A DNA stretch of 64,000 bases from NCBI GenBank assembly GCA_012295275.1, contig CM022679.1, positions 9,176,001 to 9,240,000 on the forward strand. Direction: 5' to 3'. A program made the translations under genes and the position numbers. Below are positions 1 to 13,129 of this stretch, in pieces. The notes below the pieces were generated by a model that saw nothing but the letters and a program-made list of their open reading frames with translations, searched no databases and was not told where the DNA came from. The stretch comes from Chrysomallon squamiferum (Eukaryota; Animalia; Mollusca). Positions within the stretch are counted from its first letter, which is position 1. Each line of letters opens with the position of its first letter.

Positions 1-417
1 GAAAGAAGAAAAAATCAAAAACATTATCACTTAATTTCAACCAATATATTAAAAAGTAAATAGAGCAAACCTTAAATTATTTCAGTTACGAGTTCTTTAA
101 TTTTAATATATGCTGACAAAATATGCAGTAAAAAAAAATTCAAAAGTAGTAAAAAAATAAAAATGAAAAATAAAAAAATTTCAAAATGCTGTTTAAGTGC
201 ATCGTGTCATTATTTATTTTTATCAAAATGTTTCAACAGCCCATCTGTTTTGTGTTTATTCAGCAGTTAACTTGCCATTTTGAATAACATAAATTAATCA
301 TGTGTGTGTGTGTATGTATGTGTGTGTGTATTTGTGTGTCATAACTAAAAGTGAGATACATGTTTTATATGCACATAAACTTAAGTCACAGTTGTGTTTT
401 TAATAATAATAATAATA

Positions 418-448
<31 letters not shown>

Positions 449-718
449 TTATAATAATAATAATAATAAAAATACAAAAAACCTTGGATTTGTTTAATGC
501 AAAAGTTAATTTCAAGATAAGTTTAGGAAATTTAAAAAGAAACAAATTAAAAATTTTAAATATATAATATTTAAAACTTACCAAAAAATCCCCATTCAGT
601 TAATTTTATTATAAAAAAAAGAAACCCTAAAAAGTAAAATAAAATTATTTTACATCACTGAGCAAATCAATCATAATTATGTTTTAAATTTACATGTAAT
701 ATTTTCAGTATTACATAC

Positions 719-2061
719 CTGATTATTTGCCAATACATGGAGGGCAAAATGATCTACAGATTGCAAAAGGTCATGCATACTACTGAAAAGAAAATTAATA
801 CTCAAATTTAAATAACATCACACACTGATATAAATGTTGACTGTTTATAATAGTCATATTTTTACTTACACCTAATAAAATATAAATATATATATATATA
901 TATTTATTATTTTTTTTAAAAGAAGGAAACAAAAATTTTAATTTTCAGTGTGTGATTCTCATAGAATCAATTTATACATGACAATATAATACTAAGGATA
1001 TCTTATGCCAATTAAAAATGATTATCTTTATTATAAACATTTTGAATTGTTTGTTTTTTAAATATTATTTAAATCATGCTGTAGGATATGGCTGGTTGTT
1101 TTTAAATATTGTTTAAAATCCTGTTACAGTATTATTTATTAGTTATAAGAAAATGAAAAACCTGTTTTTGTAGAGACAGAAACTGACTATGGGAGGAGAG
1201 AATGACACGCTGGTGAAGGAAGTACATGTAACTCCACGCTTTATCCATTTGTTGTTTTCTTTGTCAAACGTTCCAGCTGTTACTACCACCACTGAATTAA
1301 AATAAATTCAAATTAAAATAAAAATTAAAAATTATAAAGAAATTAAATTTAAACCTAATATATAATCATGTTTTCATTCAAGAACATTTACTTAATATAA
1401 AGTGTTACAGCCCTAAGTTCTGTCTTTTCAACAAGATTTCATTCCATCCCAAAATAAGCTTCATGTATGATGTATAATAAAGTTCTATTTAATCTGAATG
1501 AAAAATTTATTTAATTTTGAATTTTCACTGGATACATTAAATAAAGCTAATTTAAAATTTTGTCTTAAAATGCTGGATTCATTAATTTCCACATCAAGTG
1601 CCACAAGTATAAGCAATATCTACCAAGATTTAGTTACACAAACTGTCATATTATAAACTAATTTCTCGATTAATGTAAAGTTAACGACGTCTGCAACAAA
1701 ACAAACCTTGCTGAGGTACTTTTCTCATTACTGCATGTAAATTATCTATCACAGCCTTGTCATCAGGCTTAGTGGTTTTCAGAAGCTCAGGAAAATTAGG
1801 CACTGAAAATAAACAGATAACAGTATGTAACATACCAGAATAAACAGAAATTAACATTTTACACGATTATCTGTTTTTGTGATATGTCTAAGGTATGGTA
1901 CCTATCAAATGGGTGTCAGATGTTTGGACAGGGATGCAGCTTCAGTGCTTGTCACAAGTTGCCAACTACTTTCCATAGATAACTTACCCAATTTGGTAAC
2001 TGTTCTGTGTGCACTCTGTCTTTAAGTTGTAATGACTTATCTTAATTTTTTAATTAAAAAT

Positions 2062-2122
<61 letters not shown>

Positions 2123-2485
2123 TTTTTTTTTTATTATTGTTTTTTTTTTTTTTTGTTTTGTCTGTGTTTATGTATGATTGCTGGAATGCTACAATCAAAT
2201 ATCAATAACTTATTTATTCAATAATTGCACTGCTAGTTTAAAAAATAATGTATTTTAATACTTTGACATCTGTACATAATAATTAGTGCAAAATTGTGCT
2301 ATGACGAGTTACTAATCAACTGATTCAACTCAAAGGAGCTACTCAAAATCAAATGTTTTCAAACGTAATGTTTTAATGAAAAAGAACACGTTTTCAAAAA
2401 ACGTTTTCAAAATTAAAAAAAAATGGCACAAGGAAGAAACAAAAATTTACTTGGAAAAATATATACTCCTCTTTGACATTGACAT
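719..2485 (-). CDS. Flavin reductase-like domain protein (HpaC/RutF, Flavin_Reduct family); 5' part, continues beyond window start
   Basis: Phase-consistent GT-AG exons 1707-1802, 1162-1291 and 719-782 translate to ...LHAVMRKVPQQVVVVTAG...KRGVTCTSFTSVSFSPPIVSFCLYKNSSMHDLLQSVDHFALHVLANNQ, matching the MR..P..V.VVT / G.T.SSF.SVS..PP.V / F.VHVL...Q signature. Tentative upstream exons 2451-2485 (ATG) and 1988-2019 give a basic, Ser-rich, acid-free N-terminus. Confidence 0.8.
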
Positions 2486-4032
<1,547 letters not shown>

Positions 4033-4179
4033 ATTTCATATTATTAACGTAACAAAAACTGATGTGATCTCAGTTAAATCAAGTTTTATTTTATTTATGT
4101 ATCTGTATTACCTTGTTCATCTCCAAGTAAAAGTATATGTTATATACAATTAAAAATATGTATTATTTTTAACAAGCCT

Positions 4180-4216
<37 letters not shown>

Positions 4217-5199
4217 ATTATTAGAAATAATGTGATATCATTTTAATAAAATAAAATTATTGCTTTGGTAGTAATATTTATTATTCATGTATATTCAAAA
4301 TATATTTTTTTAACAAGCTCTATTTAAAAAAAACAAAAAAACAAACAAACGACAACAAAGAAAAAAAACAAAACCAAAACAAACTAATGTGATCTAAATA
4401 AAATACAGTTTAATAAAACATGTTTTATTACTTTATTCTTCCTTAGGTACTATATTTATTAGATAATCAGAATGTATTGTTTTGAACTAGTTAATTATTA
4501 AAAAATCTAAATTAAATAAAATTATTGTATTATCTATATTATACTTTTCTTCCTCAGGTAGTAATATTAATTATATAAACCAACACATGTTATGTTTTAA
4601 CAAGCTTTATTTAAACAGTAAAACAAACAATATATATATATATATATTTAATAAGCTCTTAAAACAGTACTGTATTCAAAAATACAGAGATAAACAATAA
4701 CTAAAAATAAGTAAAACATTGTTTATTTTTATAGCATTTTCAATATTACATGCACAATGCTTTTATCTATAGCACATATTAAATACATATAGTGAGTTTT
4801 GCATTAACAGGCAATTGATATATATTTTAATACGAAAACCAGGTAGTTAAATCATTACAGTAATTTCAGCTGATTTGTCATTATGAAAATAATGAGCAAC
4901 AACACTGTGAAAAATACTGCTATTGACATCTGTTTTGATACAATTACTATTAACATTTTTTTTTTTTTTTTTTTCTGAATTTTTAAAAATGTTGTTAAAA
5001 AAATGAATTTAAAAAAATAAAAATAAAGGGGAGACAAATGTTGTGGATAATTAAAACCTTTGAAACAGTCTCCAGATAATAGGTTGTTGCTGCAGGGCAG
5101 TTGTTTTCACAGATGTCACCATTATTTATTAGTTATCTATTTGCAATATGACTCAGCCATTTTGTTTCTCTATTTAGAAGTTATTAAGGCAGACATATG

Positions 5200-5239
<40 letters not shown>

Positions 5240-6641
5240 CAGTCAATAAAACTGTATTTTTGATCCAGTTTATTATCAACAATTCAAATTATAACAAAAA
5301 CAATTTTTTTTTTTAGTTGGGTTATGTCATTGTAAAGATGCAATCAGACAGATTTTCATTTATTACTTTGAAAAAAATTACAAAGTGCACAGCATCACAT
5401 CAAAATAAGCAGTTCATGAGTTATATTATGGAACAGAAGGAATGTTTACTGGAAATAACATGTGGATTCCTTTCAATCCTAAAGTAGAAAATACAAAATG
5501 TGTAAAAAGAAATATATTAAAGAATAGACTATTATTATTACCCTGTATTTCAGAAAATACATAAATATATTATATTCATATTTTATGGAATTTTATTATG
5601 TAGTCATTCTGTCAGGAATACATAATAACTAGTTACACTCTTAAGAGTATAAGAATTTTATAATTAAAATTATTCTCAACATAACTTATATTTCTTAATA
5701 ACAAAAAGTATAAATAATAATATTTAATATTTAATCCTACCTTTCAGAAAAAAACCACAACGAATTTACAAAAAATATTTCCTGAGAATCATCTTTTGAA
5801 TCTGTTAACCTGATTGTTGTGTCCAAGGCAAGAAACAGTATTTCTAATTCTTGCACAGCTTTGAAATTTCATAGCATATTTCAGCAATAAGGCTTGATAC
5901 TTAAAAAAATACATTATTTATTTCAAAAATAAAAAACCCTTTTTGCAAAATCAATATTTTTTTGGCAAACCCATATATCAACAAAGTTAGAATTTATTGC
6001 TGATTTATCTAAATAAAATTAGAATTTCTTACAAGGTCTTTTTTTACGACCCGTCACTGAAATGTATTTAAAAATTTACAAGATGTTTAAAAATAAAATA
6101 AACATGAGGGGATAAGCATGAAATACATGGCTTAATGTAAAGCAATAGTATTGGTAGAACAATAAAAAAAAAATGCCTTAGCCATTGCTAAAAATGTGGT
6201 TTAGATTAGAAATAAATAAGCAGTTAAATGTCTTTTTAATAAACTTTCAAAGCTTAGTACTTATAGCACAGTGTCGTTAAGTAAAACACCATCTTGGACT
6301 TAACTTGTCAGTCCTTCTCAGTCTACAAAGATGAAATCATTTCCTGACTCAAAAAATATGAAAGACAGTTTCTATTTACTTAAAATCTGAGAAAGCAAAA
6401 GCCACCACTGTGGATATTTAATGAGATCAAAGGCGTACACAACCATGAAGACTTCTGGTAAAATCCGCAGGTCACGTATCTATATTTGCATTATCACAAG
6501 CAGATTTTGAAGCTTTTTAAAAAGGTTGACAACATCGCAAGAATTCATATAAGACTTGCACAATGTCTACTATGCAGATATATTATTATCACATCACCAG
6601 AAAGCATGGAATTACGTTAGGCAGAACAAAAGCACTGAATG

Positions 6642-9600
6642 TCAAGGAGAATCATTTCCAATTCTCAGAGTCCCTCTCGCCATCACAGAGATCTTAACAC
6701 ATGGAGATGAAAAGCTGTATTCTTTTGGATAATTTTCTGCCTTCTTTAATTAAAAAAAAAAAAGAAATCGATTAAATATTTAACAGTGTAAATTATAAAC
6801 ATATTAAGAAATAATTAAATATATGTGTGTGTGAGTGTCTGCATGTACATATATATATATATATTTTTTTTTTAAATTGTATCTAACAATTAATCTGTAC
6901 AATGATAAACCGAAATACCAAATGTGTTAATGTGAAAATATAAATAATATATCATTAATTACACATATAATGATATATAAAATACCAAATGTGTTAATGT
7001 GAAAATATAAATAATATATCATTAATTACACATATAATGATATATAAAATACCAAATGATCTCAATAAATCTAGATAAAAGGAATAAATTGGCAGACTGA
7101 TATGAATATTCATGAACCTGAAGATATCTGTTTATTATAATGACACTACTAATTGTTATTTTAATTCACAGACAAATTCCAAGATGAACAAAATAAAAAT
7201 ACCTCATCTATTGTTTGTAAACCTTCAAATTCTTGAGACATTTCTTCAATAAAAGATGGTGAACACAGAATCTGCAAGAAATTTTACAAGTTTTAGTGAC
7301 AATTTACATACAAAAGAAATTATGATTTAAAAAAAAAAAAATTAATAATTAGGCAATGAAGTCTCAAAAAAAAGATATTAAAATTATCAGCTGCCCTCAC
7401 TTATATCTTGAAAATAATACTTTAAATAAAATCTTAAAAAGATTTTTACTATTGTGATCCTTCATTTCAAGAATTAAAAAAAAAACAAAAAAAAAAAAAT
7501 TTAAAAATATAATTAAAAGTATAAGAAGAAGAAGAAAAACAATGGGTTTTAAAAGAATTAGTATTTACCTGTATGTATGTTCCTTGAGCCATCATAGGAT
7601 TAGCATCATCCACCATTAAAGTGATATCTGCTTTGGAGTTGGGTGGAATGAAGTGAATGGCTTCATGTTCAGCATTATGGAATATAAAGTACTGACCTTT
7701 CTTTAATCTTGCTCTGAAATATGAAGAAAATCAAGAATGCTAAATATGTACATTTTTGTTTTCTGACACAAGTATTTTAAAAACATTAAATAAATTAAAA
7801 AAATGAATGTTTTAATTATTGATAATAAATTTAATAAATTATTATTTTTTAAATGACAGTTCAATAATAATTTTAATATTAATGATTATTAAGTGCCCAG
7901 TGTGTACATTTTTATTATTATTATTATTATTATTATTTTTTTTTTTTGTTTGTGGAAATTCTAAAAAGGAAATTTTCAGTTGTTACACTAAGACCATTAC
8001 TGTCACATATTGAGGCTAGTTATTATGCACTACCAACAGGCAGAAAAAATCAAATATACAGTTCTGGCTATTAAATCAAGACAAATGGTACAAAGATAAA
8101 AATGAAGGCTGTAATAAAGAAGCAGTGGTTCAACCTAGCAACCAAAGGTAAAAGTTCAGCAGCCTCAGCATCAAAATACAGATGAACAGCATCTATCAGC
8201 TCTGGTTCAGGAGAACTGTTTTCTTCTTCTTCTCCTTCACTGCCACCCGTGGCTCCCTCTACATTACCAGTCTTGTCTTCTGTCATTGTTTGAGATTCAT
8301 GTGAGCTAGATATCAAATAGAAGTAAAATCATTCAGGCATTTACTCATCATCAGTTTCCAACTTCTAAATGAATTTTGAGTCTTGCTAATGTAAATGATA
8401 ATATATAAGGTTCAGCAATAAAAATATTCATCTGTGTCAGTGCTCTGCAATAATTAAACCCAGTTTTGTTATGAGTGTAGGTTCTTAAGAATGGTTTTTC
8501 TTCTTTCTTTTTCAGTGATAGATCAGTCTATTTGGGGTTTATCATGTAGAGCACGAGAGAATCATAAAACAAACAGTAATGCTGATTCAACACACAAACA
8601 GAAAAATAATAAAAATAAAAACAACAAACAATGGTAACACCTGAAGAATGCAGTGATGATAACTCTTTAGTGAATCTGCATACTCTTCATGAAATTTGAA
8701 TTAAGAACAAGTCAGCTATCCCTTAGCTGAAAAACTTGGATACAGACCATAAATTCACTAAAAGCTTTAGATAGGCTTGTACGAAATGTGCAAATCATAA
8801 AAGGAAATAAAAATTGGTTGGATAGGTTTACAGACTCAGAATGGACTACTGACCTGTAATTATACATGTTCATATTGACAAATGTGCATAAATAAATATA
8901 TGTATATACGTACATATATCAGGAAATTGTTTTTATATATTATTTTAAAACAAGTCTTACTTCTGACTAATGTTTTCCCAGGTGCAGATGGCTGTAACAT
9001 GACCAAGGTTAGATCCATCCTTTTCCACTCCCTCATTCACCAACTGGAAAAAACTTGGATCGTGTTCAAATATAGATTTTTCTCTGGACAGATCTGTGAC
9101 AAAGAATGGCCCAACTCTAAAAGAAAAAAAAAAAAAAGTGCATAAGAATTTCAAATAATACCAACTAGATATTTGGAAGTGGCTAGAAATATGAACACTT
9201 ACTGAGGATGCTTCACCAGCATTTCCAATATACCAGCTCCTTTCCACTTCTGGGCTGCTTTCACCTCATCAATAGTTACCCCAACAATCTGTTTGGAAAA
9301 AGTAGCAGGCATTTCAAAGTTCCTAACAGAAGTCCATGTCTTACTCCTTTATGGTGGGTGATTAAAATCATAACTAACAAAGAAAATGAAGTTGACGTTA
9401 TCCTGTCTTGCAGGTTTATCAATCCTTCAACCCAAGACGTTGAAAAATATTTATAACAAACTGTATTAAATCAAAAATAAATTTCCAGAATTTAAAAATT
9501 TGCAGCTGAAGTTAAGAGGGAAATTTCTGATGATAAATACAGAATTTAGCTCTCTTGGTAGTAAAACCTCTGTTAAGAAAATGTTAAATGAGAAACCTGT

Positions 9601-9815
9601 CTGAAGTCTACGGTGCCATATGGTGTGTCCAAGTCAAACAGCTGAGGATCTTCTGCTATCAGCATGCTCTGAATCTTTGAGAAAGATTTTCCATCTAATG
9701 GCTTGTGCCATGGGATGTGGTCACCAACAAGAAGAACATTACCTGTTGACAAATTAAAAGTATGTTTTATAAGGAAATGTAAACAAAACAACAAAAATAT
9801 TTACAATAAAATTAT

Positions 9816-9846
<31 letters not shown>

Positions 9847-11467
9847 GTAATAATAATAATAATAATAATATCATAATAATAAAATATTTAAAATTTCACT
9901 GACATTCATTAAATGAATATCAGGAAAGTTAATCTATAACTATAAAGAACCAAATCACTTTCTTACAAAATTCGTACAAAAACCCCACCAAAATAAAACT
10001 GTTAAATAAAATATATACTAACATACTTTTAAGGAACATTAAATCTTTTGTTTTTTAACTACTTAAATCTTCCCTTATATTTTTTTTATTAAATCTGCTG
10101 GTAATGTTCATATATATTTAAAATCAAAATCAAAATTGTTGTAATTAGTACTGAAATATACCATGAAAAACAGCTTAAGACCTTAAGAAATTACAGAAGA
10201 GAAACATGGTAGAATACCTGTTTGAAAGACATAACCAGCAAGCCTGTTCATCAAATTCTGTGGCCAGAGAGGTGGTTCATCTTCACTTTCTTCTTTTTTC
10301 AGTCGAAATGTTAACTCAAAACCAAACCCACTCACTTCTCCCCTTGAAGCTATTCTGCAAAACAAATAAATGATAATATAAATAAGTAAAGATATTTTAA
10401 TTTTTTTGTTAAAAATTTGGACGGCAACATTAAAAGTATCCTCAGACCCAGTAGTAAAAACATTTGATTAAAAACGTTTTTTTATAAATAAAAAAAAAAA
10501 AAGGAAAAAAGTGCCAGAACAATTAATGATTTTATGTTATTATTTTCAAACATCTAACATGTTGAAACATTTTTAAAATAAACTTGAAAGTTATTTTTAT
10601 TTGTGTTAAACTCTCAAACGTTTAAATATTAGAAAAAAATAATTACAAATGTTGTTGTTAGAACAGTATTCACTTAACATAAACTTTACAGTGTTGCCAT
10701 CTTTAAAACAAAATTTAATTTTTGTTTACAGCAATTACAAAATAAGCAAAAAAAAAAAAAACAAAAAAAAAAACGTTTTTTATACCTGTGTACTCTGCCA
10801 TCACCATAAAGATCACTGAAGCCATAACTGACATAATGCCAATGCGGTGGAATATTTTGTGAAATGTCTCCTTCGTTGTGGTACATACTTACAAAATCAA
10901 GAGGATCAGGCCCACCCATCCTGTAAAACAAAAACAAAGGCTTGAGTCAGTGAATCACTTAAGAAATAACATGATTATTAGTATTTCAAACCTATACAAA
11001 TTTTTATTTTTTTAACAAAAAAATTAAATAAATCAGGCACATTGTTAATTCTGCAAGATATTTAGTTTAACTATTAGGAAAAATTATATATACATTTAGG
11101 ATCATTTACAATATCTAGTTGATAATCAGAAAAAACAGGAAAATAATAGATAGTTATACAGCATAATGTAAAGCTGAATAATTAATTAGTTGTAATCATA
11201 AGTTTGATATAAGTTATACTGTTCATGAGATTTCGCTGTTTTCAGTTAATTTAATTCAATAATTCTAGCCATTTACCAGTATTTTTTAATTGCAATTGCC
11301 TGGAGTGGATTAGGCTGATCAGCATATATCATTTTACAGGCATCATTAACAGCTTCTAGGCCACAATTGTCGAATTCGTCTAGCTCATTAGAGTCATCGG
11401 AAAATTCTGCTGGATCTCCTGTATCGCTGTCAGATATTTGACAGCGGGCACCTTCCATTGCAGTCAT
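6642..11467 (-). CDS. SUFU: Suppressor of fused homolog (Hedgehog/Gli repressor), ~445 aa, divergent
   Basis: Ten phase-consistent exons: 11277-11467, 10786-10920, 10218-10354, 9597-9742, 9203-9288, 8961-9116, 8135-8305, 7569-7713, 7203-7271, 6642-6743. Motifs DQPNPLQ, KYWMGGPDPLDFVSMY, HWHYVSYGFSDLYGDGRVH, SGFGFELTFRLK, GDHIPWHKPLD, DGSNLG, YPKEYSF. Confidence 0.92.
6913..7058. repeat. Direct tandem duplication of ~67 bp in the last SUFU intron
   Basis: aaataccaaatgtgttaatgtgaaaatataaataatatatcattaattacacatataatgatatata occurs twice, followed by a partial third copy. Confidence 0.9.
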
Positions 11468-11775
11468 GTAAGAGTTATTCCCCCACCTACAATAGTGTAT
11501 TCTTGAACCCAAATGATAAAGTAAAAAATATTATTCATATATTGCAATAAAATTATTAATATTAAGGGCATTTTATTTGGTAAAATATGTAATATACTCA
11601 GATGGTTTAGAAATCAAAATTCGAAAATTAATTTTAGAGACTACAATAGGCAAAACATACAAAATGGCTGCCTACATCTCGTTTGCATGTACATGTGTCA
11701 TTATCGCGTGCTCTTCTTCACGTGTATTTGACGTTTAGGATACTTGTAACATGTAACAGTATCGAATACGTAAGT
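11468..11775. promoter_or_regulatory. Bidirectional promoter SUFU/RPTOR with YY1-like CAAAATGGCTGCC (11660-11672)
   Basis: ATGs at 11467 (-) and 11776 (+) are about 310 bp apart; YY1-type AAAATGGC core; local CpG enrichment. Confidence 0.65.
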
Positions 11776-12372
11776 ATGGCTGGTGAGGCTGACAGTGGAG
11801 TATTTGAAGAAGGCGAAGGCGAACTTAATGACTGGCAGTTGCCTATTGCGTTTAATGAACCTCGGCACAAGGAACCAATTGAGGGTTCGCACTGTCTCAC
11901 CCAGACATGGAGAATGAAAGAGAGGGTAAGTATTGGAACATAAAATTATGTTCTTACTTTAACTCATCTATATTTTGGCAAAAAGAGTAAAAATTAGTAA
12001 TTACTGACAGGAATTAATATGATATTTTAAAATATTAAAATGTAATTTTAATTATTAATTCCTTAGTTAAGTTACTGAAGTCTCTTAGTCTTAGTCTCTA
12101 AGTCTGTAAATGTGTAATAATTTAACTCTTATAATCATTAATAATTGCGTTGTATCAGTGTCATGATTCGATACTGTGTCGATGTTTTCATCCATTATTT
12201 GTATACCAAAATATACCCTTAACAAATAACATTCTCATATTTGTTAACATGACAAAATAATAATAATAATAATAATAATAAATAATAATAATAATAAAAC
12301 ATATTTATTTATTTATTTATTTTTGTTATTATTTATTCATTTATTTACGTTCCTTTGGACTGTTGCTTTGTT

Positions 12373-12405
<33 letters not shown>

Positions 12406-12922
12406 AAATAAAAGGTTTACCAATAGTTACAGAATATGTCATGATTTGTATTTTTTTATAATTAGTACAGAAACTGTTGATCTTTTACAAAATGAACTTA
12501 AACAATAAAATATGCATATGCTAAGATTCTGTTATTACTCATGTGTCTTCCTTTCAGTGGAAATGTACTTATTAAAACTAATTGACAATAATAGTTTATT
12601 AAATGTACTGTAGGCAGTCTGAATTTACTTGACAGGTTTAAATTTTCCTCAAGTTATTGACAAGGAACTATAAAGAGTATTTACTTCCTTTTTACTAATA
12701 CTGTTAATGTGATAAGGAATTTATTATTATTTATTTATTTATTGTTATTATTTTTTTAAATATAAATTATTGTTGTTATTATTATTATTAATGATTTCTG
12801 TTTAGATGAAAACTGTGAGTGTTGCTCTTGTGATGTGTCTCAATGTTGGTGTGGATCCACCAGATGTGGTAAAAACAACACCTTGTGCAAAACTGGAATG
12901 TTGGATTGGTAAGTTTATATAT

Positions 12923-12953
<31 letters not shown>

Positions 12954-13036
12954 TTTTTTTACATATATATTTTATTCATTTATTCTAAAAATTTATTGAG
13001 ATTATTAGTTTAAAAATATATTTAAAAAAAATTAAA

Positions 13037-13129
<93 letters not shown>

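Noticed and set aside
8641-8675. Possible extra SUFU exon
   Set aside because: Its phases (2 to 1) would break the frame; flanking exons join correctly without it.
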